64,000 nucleotides of DNA from an uncultured Caldithrix sp. Lineage in GTDB: Bacteria > Calditrichota > Calditrichia > RBG-13-44-9. The stretch covers positions 5,459-69,458 of the forward strand of contig CAYWTB010000017.1 in the NCBI GenBank assembly GCA_964461135.1, in the 5' to 3' direction. The position numbers and the translations under genes were made by a program. Under the pieces are notes generated by a model, which saw only the letters and a list, made by a program, of their open reading frames with translations, was not told the origin of the DNA and made no database searches. Below, piece after piece: positions 1 through 10,698 of the stretch (position 1 is the stretch's first letter; the number at the start of each line of letters is the position of its first letter).

Positions 1-2139
1 GGCCTGGTGGATCCCGCCTGGCTGAAGGCACCCATGCAAAATTCTTTCATACAAAGGGAACCCCATGAAGGCGTGAAAGCCCGAAATCAGACACGATTTT
101 ATATAATGTATGATAAAAAAAATGTATATTTCCTTTTTATATTGTTAGACGAAGACGCAGCATCTGTCCCTTCGCGGCTGGTGGAACGGGACCAGCAATT
201 CAACCCGGATGATCATATAAATTTCTACCTGGATACTTATAATGACCAGAGAAAAGCTTACTTTTTCTCTACCAATCCTGCCGGTGTGGAACAGGATGGA
301 CTGGTGAGCGAAAACGGTAATAACATCGATATGACCTGGGATGGAATATTTAAAGTAGCCGCACGCAAAAATGACTATGGATGGGTAGCGGAATTCGCCG
401 TTCCTTATACCACTCTTCGCTTTACCGATCAGCTGAAATATCAGGTGTGGGGATTCAATGCCTGGAGAGTGAGGAAGAAAAACCGTGAAATAAGTTACTG
501 GTCTTTGGTGACCCAGGATTATAAATCAATGCGCCTGGATAAGGGTGGCGTCCTTATAGGAATGGAGAAGATTAAAAGCGGGCAAAATCTTCAATTGCTC
601 CCTTATTTCACAGGAAGGAAAATCCAGGGCACTCTCTCCACAGATAATGATTTTACTGCCGGAATCGATATTAAATATGGATTAAACTCAGATCTTACCC
701 TCGATATCACCTTGAATCCTGATTTTGGGCAGGTGGAGATCGATGAAGAGCAGATCAATCTGGATAAACGCTATGAGATCCTGCTGGAAGAAAAAAGACC
801 GTTTTTCCTGGAAAATACCAATCTCTTCCAGACTCCCTATTATCCTCTCTTTTACAGCCGCAGGATAGGCGGGGAAAGTGAGATTAAAGCCGGCGCCAAA
901 CTTACCGGGAAGATATCTGATTTTTCAATTGGAGTTATGGAAGCTTACACCGGAGGCTGGGAAAATTTCGGACTTGGAAATCCCGACACTCCTCCAAGGG
1001 ATGAATTGTTTTCCGTAGTCCGACTGCAGGCCGATGTGCTCTCAAACTCAAATGTGGGATTTATGTACGTGGACCGGGCAGCCGATCTGGGCGGAATTAA
1101 TCCGGAATATAACCGTGCTGCAGGTCTGGATGCTACCTTCCACTCAGGGCAGTTTTATGTACTCGGGCAGGGAGTATATACTTATAATTCTTTCCAGGGT
1201 AATCTCCAGCAAGGTGTAGGAGGATGGAGTCAGGCAGGATATTATGGGCATCTTTATCGTTCCGATACCTATCTGATTTCATATACTCCGGATTTCAACC
1301 TGGACAATATCGGTTTTTTTCCAAAAGTAAAAGGTAAAGGACGTACCCATGGTGGTTCTTATATGGATATCCATCCCTTCATTTCTTTCGGAATTATTAG
1401 AAGCTGGGGTTTGGGAATAGAACCGACTTTTATTAAAGATTCTGATGAAGTGGGTACCGGCTGGGGAATCATATCTAAAGCCTGGCTTGAACTCAGGGAT
1501 CAGTCACTGATAAAAATCGGCCTGACCCGTTATAGAGATTATGAGACTGATAATTATTTCAGCCTTTTCAGACCTTCGCTCGAACCCGAACCCGAACTGT
1601 CTTATTGGGGGAGTGATTTCTATGCAGAACTGATAACCGACATAAGTAAGCCACTCTCTTTGGTGATACGCCGGACTCAGAATAGGCAGTATTATTTTCA
1701 AACCCATAGTACTGGTTTTTCCCGGGGATGGGAAACTTTTATTAGAGTAAAACCAGCGTCTAATGCATTCATCGAAATGGGATTTCAAAATCAGCAATTT
1801 CTGGATAACGATATGAATTTTATGCCTGTATCAATAATCGGACAACCCAAGGTTAGAATCTGGAGTCTGCGTGGCCGCTATCTGTTCACAAAAGACATTT
1901 TTACCCGTCTATTTTTCCAGCAAACAAACGGCGCTGAAGATTTTGTAAAAGCAGGTTCTTATTACGAATACCAGGTGTGGGATAGGATGAGTTCGAATGC
2001 CTTACTGGGGTGGCGTTTCAGACCCGGCAGTACCTTATACCTGGCATACACCGAAGAGTGGGATAAGAAAGTAGGGGATACTTATTCTTCAACTAACCGG
2101 ATTTTATATTTAAAATTGTTATACCTATGGAGTTTCTGA
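1..2139 (+). CDS. CBM9-like/DUF5916 family secreted protein (5' partial; ORF runs to window edge)
   Basis: ORF 7..2139 is open to the window start. The N-terminus (…FYLDTYNDQRKAYFFSTNPAGVEQDG…DMTWDGIFKVAARKNDYGWVAEFAVPYTTLRF) resembles the carbohydrate-binding family-9-like domain of DUF5916 proteins. The long Tyr/Gly/Trp-rich beta-strand-like C-terminal region fits that family. Confidence 0.5.
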   Translation, partial: GLVDPAWLKAPMQNSFIQREPHEGVKARNQTRFYIMYDKKNVYFLFILLDEDAASVPSRLVERDQQFNPDDHINFYLDTYNDQRKAYFFSTNPAGVEQDGLVSENGNNIDMTWDGIFKVAARKNDYGWVAEFAVPYTTLRFTDQLKYQVWGFNAWRVRKKNREISYWSLVTQDYKSMRLDKGGVLIGMEKIKSGQNLQLLPYFTGRKIQGTLSTDNDFTAGIDIKYGLNSDLTLDITLNPDFGQVEIDEEQINLDKRYEILLEEKRPFFLENTNLFQTPYYPLFYSRRIGGESEIKAGAKLTGKISDFSIGVMEAYTGGWENFGLGNPDTPPRDELFSVVRLQADVLSNSNVGFMYVDRAADLGGINPEYNRAAGLDATFHSGQFYVLGQGVYTYNSFQGNLQQGVGGWSQAGYYGHLYRSDTYLISYTPDFNLDNIGFFPKVKGKGRTHGGSYMDIHPFISFGIIRSWGLGIEPTFIKDSDEVGTGWGIISKAWLELRDQSLIKIGLTRYRDYETDNYFSLFRPSLEPEPELSYWGSDFYAELITDISKPLSLVIRRTQNRQYYFQTHSTGFSRGWETFIRVKPASNAFIEMGFQNQQFLDNDMNFMPVSIIGQPKVRIWSLRGRYLFTKDIFTRLFFQQTNGAEDFVKAGSYYEYQVWDRMSSNALLGWRFRPGSTLYLAYTEEWDKKVGDTYSSTNRILYLKLLYLWSF

Positions 2140-2145
2140 TAAATA

Positions 2146-2775
2146 ATGGTATTAAGAAATAAGGTTGTATTAACCTTGAATATCGAAGAAGCAATATGGG
2201 CTGTCGGTTATGATGTGATCGCTGGCATCGATGAAGCCGGATGTGGACCCTTAGCCGGGCCGGTTGTTGCATCTGCAGTTATTTTCCCCAAACATTTTCA
2301 TCACCCGGAAATTATGGATTCCAAGAAACTCCAGCCGGCAAAACGAGAGGTACTCTATCATATTATCACTCAAAATGCCGTTGGGTGTGGTGTGGGAATT
2401 GTCAGTCCTGCAGAGGTGGATCGTCTCAACATAAGACAGGCTACTTTTCGGGCCATGAAAAAGGCCTTGGGTAATATAAAAATCCAACCCGATTATCTTC
2501 TTGTCGATGGCTACGAAATTCCCGGATCCATTATCCGGCAGGAATTCATTGTAAATGGAGATGAACTCTGTTTCACTATTGCAGCCGCTTCAATTATTGC
2601 CAAAGTCACCAGGGATCGGATGATGTGTGAGTACCATAAACAATTTCCAATTTATGGTTTCGATAAACATAAAGGATATGGTACGGCCTTTCACAGGGAG
2701 ATGTTAGTAAAACATGGGCCATGTCCCTTGCACAGAAAAACCTTCCTCCGAAATATTTTTAAAGAAGAAACCTGA
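2146..2775 (+). CDS. rnhB: Ribonuclease HII
   Basis: 209 aa. Carries the DEAGCGPLAGPVVASAVIF catalytic-site signature of RNase HII and has typical length. Confidence 0.9.
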   Translation: MVLRNKVVLTLNIEEAIWAVGYDVIAGIDEAGCGPLAGPVVASAVIFPKHFHHPEIMDSKKLQPAKREVLYHIITQNAVGCGVGIVSPAEVDRLNIRQATFRAMKKALGNIKIQPDYLLVDGYEIPGSIIRQEFIVNGDELCFTIAAASIIAKVTRDRMMCEYHKQFPIYGFDKHKGYGTAFHREMLVKHGPCPLHRKTFLRNIFKEET

Positions 2776-2943
2776 GCAGTCTTCAAAAGAAAATTGTCAA
2801 TTTTTCACTCATGTTCTAATTGATGTTAAGAGCTCATAAAAAAATGCAGAAATTTATGACTTAAAATTATCTTGACAAATTATTTCCCAATCTGTAACTT
2901 TCCTACATAAATTGTGCCAAAGATATAGAGATAGAATAAAGGA

Positions 2944-4422
2944 TTGGATTTTATGGTTAAGCTGAGTCAATATTTAGCGCTGGAACAACGTCTGACCCCC
3001 CAGCAGATTCTATTGTCAACACTGCTCCAGTTGCCCATGCTCAGTTTGGAACAGAAAATAAAAACTGAACTGGAATTGAATCCTGTCCTGGAGGAATCTG
3101 CCGAACTGGAAGAGGACATTGATGAAGAAGATGCAATTGATGAAAATCCGGAAGAAGTTGAAGAAATCAAGGAGGAATTTGAGCAATTAAAAGAAAATAA
3201 TAAAACAGAAGAAGAGGAAAAATACGAAGAGCTTGACCCCGAAACAAATTGGGAAGAACTGGTCAATGATAAGGATAACTATGAATTCCGCCTGCCCCGC
3301 GATAAAAATGAAGAAGAATATGACCGTCCTGAAGTATATCACACCAGTGTGGCGGAACATTTACTCGAACAATTGTATCTGTTGAACCTCAGTGAAAACG
3401 ATTTCAGAATAGGTGAATATATCATATACAATTTGCGGGACGATGGTTATCTGGATTCAGAAGTGACTTCAGAGAATATTGCTGCCATTTTTGAAAGTAA
3501 ACCGGAAAAGATCGAGAAAATACTGAAACAGATCCAAAAATTCGACCCGGTAGGTATAGCTGCCCGAAATCTTCAGGAATGCCTGCGAATTCAGCTGGAA
3601 AATCTGGATATAAATGGTAATAAAAATCTTGCATTGAAAATTATTAATGAAGCGTTTCATGATTTTGTCAACAAAAGATATGAAAAAGTCGCCGGAATTC
3701 TGGATGTTTCCCTTGAAAAAATAAAAGAAGCTCAGGAGATCATCAATAAATTAAATCCTAAGCCGGGAGAAGGTTACTGGGATTCTCGTCAGAATTATGT
3801 GATTCCGGATTTTATTGTAGAAAAGGTAGATGATGAACTCGTGGTCTCCCTTAACGAATGGAATATGCCGGGACTTCAGATCAGTCCGCATTACAAAAAA
3901 CTGATAAGGCAATCCCGTAAACTTGAGAAAGATGTTCGGCAATTTCTGCGCAAAAAGGTTGAGAGTGCCCGCTGGTTTATTAATGCTTTGCAACAGAGAC
4001 GTATCACCATGTTGAAAACTATGAATGCCATTGTTGATCTTCAAAGACAATTCTTTGAAAAAGGTCCCGAATTTATTAAACCGATGATCATGAAGGATGT
4101 TGCCGATAAGATAGAAATGGATATTTCAACGGTAAGTCGCGTTGTAAATGGCAAATATGTGCAGACCGATTACGGAGTATTTGAATTGAAATTTTTCTTC
4201 AATGAGGGAATGGAAACCACCGATGGCGAAAACATGTCCACTTTGCGGATCAAAGAACAGCTCAAAGAGATAATTCAGAATGAAAATCCAGGCAATCCTT
4301 ACAGTGATGATAAATTGGCAGATATATTTAAAAAGAAAGGCATTCCTATCGCAAGGCGCACTGTGGCAAAATATCGTGAACAACTCAGCATTCCCATTGC
4401 CCGTTTACGCCGGAATATCTAA
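2944..4422 (+). CDS. rpoN: RNA polymerase sigma-54 factor
   Basis: 492 aa. Has a Gln/Leu-rich N-terminal region I, an acidic region II (EEDIDEEDAIDENPEE…) and the C-terminal RpoN box ARRTVAKYREQL with HTH. Confidence 0.92.
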   Translation: MDFMVKLSQYLALEQRLTPQQILLSTLLQLPMLSLEQKIKTELELNPVLEESAELEEDIDEEDAIDENPEEVEEIKEEFEQLKENNKTEEEEKYEELDPETNWEELVNDKDNYEFRLPRDKNEEEYDRPEVYHTSVAEHLLEQLYLLNLSENDFRIGEYIIYNLRDDGYLDSEVTSENIAAIFESKPEKIEKILKQIQKFDPVGIAARNLQECLRIQLENLDINGNKNLALKIINEAFHDFVNKRYEKVAGILDVSLEKIKEAQEIINKLNPKPGEGYWDSRQNYVIPDFIVEKVDDELVVSLNEWNMPGLQISPHYKKLIRQSRKLEKDVRQFLRKKVESARWFINALQQRRITMLKTMNAIVDLQRQFFEKGPEFIKPMIMKDVADKIEMDISTVSRVVNGKYVQTDYGVFELKFFFNEGMETTDGENMSTLRIKEQLKEIIQNENPGNPYSDDKLADIFKKKGIPIARRTVAKYREQLSIPIARLRRNI

Positions 4423-4447
4423 CGGCTGGTATGATAAATTTTAATCA

Positions 4448-4478
4448 AACCCCGGTATTTTTGATCCGGGGTTTTTTT
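4448..4478 (+). terminator. Rho-independent terminator after rpoN
   Basis: aaCCCCGGtatttttgatCCGGGGttttttt: a perfect 6-bp GC stem followed by a T7 run, 26 nt after the rpoN stop. Confidence 0.65.
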
Positions 4479-4607
4479 ATGGGTAACAGAATTAATCAAA
4501 TTATACCTGCATTTAAACAATAAAAGTAAATTTTAGGCTCAATTTGGCATCTTCCAGAATTTTATTTAAATTAGAGTTTATTTACAGAAAGAAAAAGCGA
4601 GCGACAA

Positions 4608-5150
4608 ATGAAAATTTCACGAATGCATAGTACCACAATTCTGGGTATTATCCATAAAGAGCAGGCCGTGATTGCCGGTGATGGGCAGGTTACGTTCAAT
4701 AATACTGTTCTCAAACATGGAAGTGTTAAAATAAGAAGGCTTTATAACGGAAAGATTCTGGCCGGATTTGCCGGAGCTTCAGCTGATGCTTTCGCCCTTT
4801 TCGAAAGATTTGAAGAAAAATTACAGCAATACAATGGAAATCTTACCAGGGCCGCAGTTGAAATGACTAAGGAATGGCGGATGGACAGGTTTTTAAGACG
4901 ACTGGAGGCCATGCTCGCGGTGGTTGATAAAACCACTGCTTTAATTCTTTCAGGCACAGGTGATGTAGTAGAACCGGATGATAAAATTGTAGCCATCGGT
5001 TCGGGAGGACCGTATGCCCTGGCAGCTGCCCGCGCATTGGTTCATAATTCGGATTTGAATGCTCAGGAAATTGTAAAAGAGGCAATGCAGATCGCTTCTG
5101 AAATATGCGTTTATACTAATAATAAAATTACCATTGAAACAATAGATTAG
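4608..5150 (+). CDS. hslV: ATP-dependent protease subunit HslV
   Basis: TTILGI…VIAGDGQVT…[10 protein letters not shown]…GSGGPYA motifs match HslV. The catalytic Thr-Thr is preceded by a short extension (alternative ATG at 4623). Confidence 0.9.
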   Translation: MKISRMHSTTILGIIHKEQAVIAGDGQVTFNNTVLKHGSVKIRRLYNGKILAGFAGASADAFALFERFEEKLQQYNGNLTRAAVEMTKEWRMDRFLRRLEAMLAVVDKTTALILSGTGDVVEPDDKIVAIGSGGPYALAAARALVHNSDLNAQEIVKEAMQIASEICVYTNNKITIETID

Positions 5151-5173
5151 ACGGATGGAATTGGAGGGTTTTT

Positions 5174-6562
5174 ATGGATGAATCTATTCACGAATTAACT
5201 CCCAAAGAAATTGTTAAGGAGCTGGATAAGTATATCATCGGGCAGAATGCAGCAAAACGGATGGTTGCTATCGCATTGCGAAATCGCTGGCGGCGCCAGC
5301 AGGTAACTTCGGATCTGCGTGATGAGATCATGCCTAATAATATCATACTGATCGGTCCTACCGGGGTAGGGAAAACGGAAATCAGCCGCAGGCTGGCCAG
5401 GCTTGCCCAGGCACCTTTCAGCAAAGTAGAGGCATCTAAATATACGGAAGTGGGTTATGTGGGCCGGGATGTGGAAAGTATGATCAGGGATCTGGTTGAC
5501 ATTGGTGTAAATATGGTTCGGGAAGAAATGGCTCAGTCGGTGAAAGGTAAAGCCAGGGAAGCAGCAACAGAACGATTACTCGATTTACTACTGCCGAAAC
5601 CCAAGATGCCTCCTCAGCATCATCCTCTGGAAGAGGGGCAGACTATTCCCATGGAAGGCAGTGGAGAAGAACGTTATGACAAGACACGGGAACGATTTCG
5701 GGAAAAACTACTGGCCGGCGAGTTGAATGAGAGAGATGTGGAATTGGAAATGCCTTCTGATACCATGCCCATGATGCAAATTTTTTCCCCCATGGGAATT
5801 GAGGAAATGGGCATGAATATCCGGGAACTGTTTGGCAATATTATGCCCAAGAAATCAAAAAAAAGAAAAGTTAAAATAAAGGAAGCTCTTGGAATATTAA
5901 TTCAGGAAGAGGCACAAAAATTGATTGATATGGATTCGGTAGTGAGGGTAGCCATCCAGAGAGTTGAAAATTCCGGGATTGTTTTTCTGGACGAGATAGA
6001 TAAAATTACCGGAGTAAAAGGAGGATCAGGACAAGGGCCTGATGTCAGTCGTGAGGGCGTGCAGAGAGATTTACTGCCGGTGGTGGAAGGAACCACAGTA
6101 GTAACTAAATATGGGATGGTAAAAACCGATCACATTCTCTTCATTGCTTCCGGTGCATTCCACGCAGCCAAACCATCGGACCTGATCCCTGAATTGCAGG
6201 GCAGATTTCCAATCCGGGTTGAACTGGACAGTTTAACTACTGAGGATTTTGTCAGGATTCTTCAGGAACCTGAAAATGCTCTGATTAAACAGTATGTCGA
6301 GCTGCTTAAAACCGATGGAGTTCAACTTCAGTATACTGATGACGCCATAAGAGAAATTGCCGAAACTGCAAGTTTTGTGAACAGCAAAGGTGAAAATATT
6401 GGAGCCCGTAGATTACACACCATCATGAGTAAATTGCTGGAAGACATATTATTTGAAGCTCCGAATGTTAAAAATAACAAAATAATTATTGACAAAGCTT
6501 TTGTTAATAATATTCTTAAAGATATCATTGAAGATGAGGATTTGCGGAAGTACATTCTCTAG
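5174..6562 (+). CDS. hslU: ATP-dependent protease ATPase subunit HslU
   Basis: 462 aa. Has Walker [11 protein letters not shown], the [18 protein letters not shown]-terminus, the I-domain insertion and a C-terminal HslU signature. Confidence 0.93.
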   Translation: MDESIHELTPKEIVKELDKYIIGQNAAKRMVAIALRNRWRRQQVTSDLRDEIMPNNIILIGPTGVGKTEISRRLARLAQAPFSKVEASKYTEVGYVGRDVESMIRDLVDIGVNMVREEMAQSVKGKAREAATERLLDLLLPKPKMPPQHHPLEEGQTIPMEGSGEERYDKTRERFREKLLAGELNERDVELEMPSDTMPMMQIFSPMGIEEMGMNIRELFGNIMPKKSKKRKVKIKEALGILIQEEAQKLIDMDSVVRVAIQRVENSGIVFLDEIDKITGVKGGSGQGPDVSREGVQRDLLPVVEGTTVVTKYGMVKTDHILFIASGAFHAAKPSDLIPELQGRFPIRVELDSLTTEDFVRILQEPENALIKQYVELLKTDGVQLQYTDDAIREIAETASFVNSKGENIGARRLHTIMSKLLEDILFEAPNVKNNKIIIDKAFVNNILKDIIEDEDLRKYIL

Positions 6563-6604
6563 CCGGATATGAACATGAATTCCGGATAAAAGCAGGAGGA
6601 TAAT

Positions 6605-7528
6605 GTGAAGAAGGATTTTCTGTCTATTGCCGAATTGAGCGAACAGGAGATTTATGGAATCTTCGATTTAACCCGTGATTTAAAAGAAAAAACCCGGAAA
6701 CGAGTTGAACACCATTTGCTAAAAGGGTATACATTGGCAATGATTTTTGCCAAGCCTTCGGCCAGAACACGGATTTCGTTCGAAACCGGTATGTATCAGC
6801 TGGGGGGAAGTGCCCTGTACCTGGCTCCCGGTGATATCGGCATGGGAAAAAGAGAATCAGTTAAGGATGTTGCTCAGGTCATATCCCGTTATAATGATAT
6901 CATCATGGCACGCTTATTCGCTCATTCTGAAATCGAGAATCTGGCAAAATACGCCAGCGTTCCTGTGGTAAACGGGCTTACGGATTATAACCACCCCTGC
7001 CAGATAATGGCGGATGCTTTTACAATTTTAGAGCATTTTGGTAAAGTGGAAAATCTCAAAGTCTCTTATATTGGTGACGGTAATAATGTTGCCAATTCCT
7101 GGATAAATTTTGCTTCCCGCATTCCAATGCATCTGGTTATTTGTACACCGCGCAATTATGAGCCGGATAAAACAACTTATGATCGTGCAATTGCCGCTGG
7201 AAAAAGTACTATTGACATAATGAGTGACCCAAGTAATGCTGTGAAAAATGCGGATGTTCTTTATACTGATGTCTGGGCCAGTATGGGGCAGGAGACTGAA
7301 GCGGAAGAACGAAAAAAAATCTTCCGTCCCTATCAGTTGAATAATGATCTGCTTAAAATGGCTAAACCGGAAGCCAGAGTGATGCATTGCCTGCCTGCCC
7401 ACAGAGGTGATGAAATCACCGATGAGGTAATGGATGGCTCTCAATCAATTGTTTTTGATGAAGCTGAGAACCGCTTGCACGTCCAGAAAGCAATTATGGT
7501 TAAGCTAATCCAGGATCTGGAAAAGTAG
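6605..7528 (+). CDS. argF: Ornithine carbamoyltransferase (GTG start)
   Basis: STRTR carbamoyl-phosphate motif (SARTRISFE), the HPCQ ornithine-binding motif (DYNHPCQIMAD) and HCLPAHRG. RBS AGGAGGA lies 7 nt upstream of the GTG. Confidence 0.8.
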   Translation: MKKDFLSIAELSEQEIYGIFDLTRDLKEKTRKRVEHHLLKGYTLAMIFAKPSARTRISFETGMYQLGGSALYLAPGDIGMGKRESVKDVAQVISRYNDIIMARLFAHSEIENLAKYASVPVVNGLTDYNHPCQIMADAFTILEHFGKVENLKVSYIGDGNNVANSWINFASRIPMHLVICTPRNYEPDKTTYDRAIAAGKSTIDIMSDPSNAVKNADVLYTDVWASMGQETEAEERKKIFRPYQLNNDLLKMAKPEARVMHCLPAHRGDEITDEVMDGSQSIVFDEAENRLHVQKAIMVKLIQDLEK

Positions 7529-7533
7529 TTACG

Positions 7534-8553
7534 GTGGGACTAAAAGACTTACAATTGCGGATATTGGAAGTAAGTGAGTGGGAAAAATGGGATTGTTTTG
7601 TGAAGGAAATACCACACGGTACCATTTTCCAGACTTCCATGTATTTCAAGGTATTTGCCGAAGTATTCAGACGCAAAGTTGAAGTGCTTACCGTTAATTA
7701 TCAGCAAAAAATAACCGCTGGTGTCGTTTTGTATCCGAAGAAAAGGTGGTATATCAATTATGCCACCTTGCCCTTCCTAATTCCTCACAATACGATCTTA
7801 TACCAGGATTTTCATACCGGGCAAAACTATTATCGGAAGATCAAATCTGAGCAAAAAATTTTGGATTTAATCCAACAATACATTGAAGAACATTTTCATT
7901 TTTGTCACTTATATCTGGAACCGTCGGTATTGGATGTTCGTAGTTTTGTCTGGAAAAACTGGTTATTTACTCCCCAATACTCTATCTCTATTCCTTTAAA
8001 TAAAGGTTACGATCCGATGGACCGGCTACCCCATAACCAACGACGACATATAAGAAAATTTGAGAAACAATCCGCTGAATTTATTGAACTTAATGATCTT
8101 TCCAGTTGTTTTGAATTCATCTCACAGAGTTATTCGGCCCACCATATGAATCCCCCCTTGAAGAGAAAAGATTTCGATAAATTTGTAACACTACTTTATC
8201 AAAATCAGATACTCAAAGGATTTGCAATTACCAGTGGAAATAAAATTCTGGCTGTGATGCTTGCAGTTGAAGATTTCCCGGTGACATATGCCTTGTTTTC
8301 CGGAAAGGATTTCTCTCATAACCGGAGTGAAGCAGAACTCTTTTTACACTGGCGTGTTCTGAATTACTACAGGGAGAAGGGTTATGCGTCTTTTGACCTT
8401 TTGGGGGCCATGTCACCGGCCATTTCAAGGGTAAAGCTGGAATTGGGAGGAGTTTTGTATCGTGGTGATGATGTGTTGTATTTCAGAAATTCATACTATA
8501 AAATATTACATCACCTGGAATTTCGCCGGCAATTGAGAAATCGACTGAAATAA
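7534..8553 (+). CDS. FemAB/BioF2-like GNAT-fold acyl- or aminoacyl-transferase
   Basis: 339 aa. Length and two-lobed pattern are reminiscent of FemX/BioF2-like acetyltransferases. Family assignment is from memory only. Confidence 0.4.
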   Translation: MGLKDLQLRILEVSEWEKWDCFVKEIPHGTIFQTSMYFKVFAEVFRRKVEVLTVNYQQKITAGVVLYPKKRWYINYATLPFLIPHNTILYQDFHTGQNYYRKIKSEQKILDLIQQYIEEHFHFCHLYLEPSVLDVRSFVWKNWLFTPQYSISIPLNKGYDPMDRLPHNQRRHIRKFEKQSAEFIELNDLSSCFEFISQSYSAHHMNPPLKRKDFDKFVTLLYQNQILKGFAITSGNKILAVMLAVEDFPVTYALFSGKDFSHNRSEAELFLHWRVLNYYREKGYASFDLLGAMSPAISRVKLELGGVLYRGDDVLYFRNSYYKILHHLEFRRQLRNRLK

Positions 8554-8616
8554 AAAAAATCATAATTTCGGGTTATTTACTATCGTATTTAAGCATGAAC
8601 ATTAATCTGCCAGGGT

Positions 8617-9846
8617 ATGAAACCAGCTTTCAGAACACTCAAACCGGTTGTTGCTCTTTATACCGCCCAGATACTCAACCTTTTTTTAGGTTGGATTGTA
8701 ACTAAATTAAACATATCCCAACTTTCCGTTGAGGAGTTTGGTCGTTTTACATTTTTCATTACTTTGATTAATGCTTCTTTCATTTTCTTCACCTTCGGAG
8801 TATTTGAAGCATCTTCCCGTCTTCTGGCTCTTTCCGAATCAAGAAATGAGTCAGATAGAATTCTGACGGTTTCATTATCTTTTGCCTTAACATCCTATTT
8901 TATCTTCACTTTATTTTTCTGGTTGGTTAAGAGTTCTGTTTCTGAAATCTTCAGTGTGGATGTCTCTGTGTTAATCAAATTATATTTTCCCCTAGCTGGC
9001 ATTTATTTATTATACGATTTCTGGCAGAAAATTTTGAGGGGTGCAGGCAAAATTTATCGGTTGTCATGTTACCTTGTTTTGCCCCGCATCATTTATATCG
9101 CAATTTTGATAATTTTAGTTTATACTCAACAATTTACTCTTCATACAACTACATTAATGAATCTGGTAAGCTTTGGCCTGGTTCTCGTCCTGTTTCTTTT
9201 CCTGGAATCATTCAATTTCTCCAGGTATTTTGATTCTCTCAAATCTCTGGTAAAGGAGATACGAAAGTTCGGTATTCATATGTATTTGGCTGAATTGATC
9301 CAGGCTTTGCTTTTTCACATTGATAAATTATTTATAGCGTATTTCTTAACTTCTGAAGATTTGGCCTATTATTCATTGGCGTTTACCCTTACTTTTCCCT
9401 TGTCCCTTTTCTCCACTTCGCTTTCCACCGGAATGTATCGCCGGTTTTCAAAGACATCCAGGATTGACGATAAAATTGTAAAAGCGAACCTGATCTGGAT
9501 TATTTTAAGTCTGTTGCTGATTATATTTCTGGGACCTTGGATGGTCAAAAACATTTTTTCGGCTAAATATATGGAATCCATTCCTGTTCTGATACCGCTG
9601 GCAATTGCTTTTGGAATGGGTGGTTTGAGTAAAATTTATACTTATTTTCTGATTGCCAAAGGGGAAGGTAAGATTATCCGTAATATCTCTATTATTTTGA
9701 TTATAGTGAATATTGTTTTTAACATTTTACTGATACCGTTATTGGGTATTACCGGATCGGCCTATGCCCGGATTATTACTTTTATCCTTGATTTTATTTT
9801 TGTTTATATAGGCTATCGCCTGGTTTTATCAAGAGTGAAACTATAA
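8617..9846 (+). CDS. Wzx/MOP-family oligosaccharide flippase-like membrane protein
   Basis: 409 aa with about 12 predicted TM helices. N-terminal LYTAQILNLFLGWIVTKL… is typical of polysaccharide biosynthesis (Wzx) proteins. Confidence 0.55.
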   Translation: MKPAFRTLKPVVALYTAQILNLFLGWIVTKLNISQLSVEEFGRFTFFITLINASFIFFTFGVFEASSRLLALSESRNESDRILTVSLSFALTSYFIFTLFFWLVKSSVSEIFSVDVSVLIKLYFPLAGIYLLYDFWQKILRGAGKIYRLSCYLVLPRIIYIAILIILVYTQQFTLHTTTLMNLVSFGLVLVLFLFLESFNFSRYFDSLKSLVKEIRKFGIHMYLAELIQALLFHIDKLFIAYFLTSEDLAYYSLAFTLTFPLSLFSTSLSTGMYRRFSKTSRIDDKIVKANLIWIILSLLLIIFLGPWMVKNIFSAKYMESIPVLIPLAIAFGMGGLSKIYTYFLIAKGEGKIIRNISIILIIVNIVFNILLIPLLGITGSAYARIITFILDFIFVYIGYRLVLSRVKL

Positions 9847-9970
9847 TAATTTTGGATCATTGAAGATAGGAAATAACATAATAAAATGATGTGAAGGTTT
9901 AATTAATTGAAGTAGACTAGAATTGAATAAACAGCTTGACTAATTTTAAATAATATAATAAATTTTTAGT

Positions 9971-10474
9971 TTGATTATGAATATTCCGGTCTTACATCTA
10001 AAAGACGGACTGCACCATTTTAGTGAAACTATTAAAGGCGGTTCTCTTCATTTTTACAGAGATGAAATCTATCCTGAAAATATACAGGTTGAAATAGAAG
10101 TAAATAAATTTGAAAAGAACATCACATGTAAAATTACTTTATCTAGTAGAGCGCATTATCAATGTGACCGTTGTTTAAGGAATTTTGAAAAAAATTATAA
10201 AGACGACTTTGAAATCTTATTTCATCTGGGTGATAAGAATTTTGAAATTAATGAGGAGAGTGTAATAATCATATCATCAGAAGTAAAAGAGATAGATCTC
10301 ACACTTTATATTCAGGAAATGCTTATTCTCGCCATTCCTATGAAATTGTTGTGTGATGAAAATTGTAAGGGAATTTGTTGTGTCTGCGGGGCCGATTTGA
10401 ATACCGAGGAATGTCAATGCACGGAGAAAACTGTGGATCCCCGCTGGGAGAAACTTATATCATTAAGAAAATAA
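9971..10474 (+). CDS. yceD: YceD/DUF177 family protein (23S rRNA accumulation protein)
   Basis: Cys cluster CDRCL…CDENCKGICCVCGADLNTEECQC. Sits in the conserved position immediately upstream of rpmF-plsX. Confidence 0.8.
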   Translation: MIMNIPVLHLKDGLHHFSETIKGGSLHFYRDEIYPENIQVEIEVNKFEKNITCKITLSSRAHYQCDRCLRNFEKNYKDDFEILFHLGDKNFEINEESVIIISSEVKEIDLTLYIQEMLILAIPMKLLCDENCKGICCVCGADLNTEECQCTEKTVDPRWEKLISLRK

Positions 10475-10493
10475 AAGCAGGAGTAAATTTCAA

Positions 10494-10682
10494 ATGGCTA
10501 ATCCAAGACGGAAAATTTCCAAATCAAAAAGAGATAAAAGACGATCTGCATGGATGAATGGTCTGGGTAATCCTTCGCTGTCGGTTTGTCCCAATTGTGG
10601 GGAACCCAAACAGCCTCATCGTGCCTGTATGAGCTGTGGTTATTATAAAGGACAACGAGCTTTTACTCCATCCGAATCATAA
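10494..10682 (+). CDS. rpmF: 50S ribosomal protein L32
   Basis: MANPRRKISKSKRDKRRS… with a zinc-ribbon CPNCG…CMSCG. 62 aa. Confidence 0.93.
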   Translation: MANPRRKISKSKRDKRRSAWMNGLGNPSLSVCPNCGEPKQPHRACMSCGYYKGQRAFTPSES

Positions 10683-10698
10683 ATTAATATACTAAGGC

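Noticed and set aside
2860-2900. TTGACA…TAACTT as the rpoN promoter
   Set aside because: The -10 match is weak. It is plausible but not supportable without TSS data.
2967-3266. Minus-strand 99-aa Ser-rich ORF inside rpoN
   Set aside because: It is an antisense reading of the GAA/GAG-rich acidic region II of rpoN. It has no start context and lies fully inside a confidently assigned gene.
6566-6588. CCGGAtatgaacatgaaTTCCGG hairpin after hslU
   Set aside because: No T-tract follows. It lies within 40 nt of the argF RBS, so it is probably not an intrinsic terminator.
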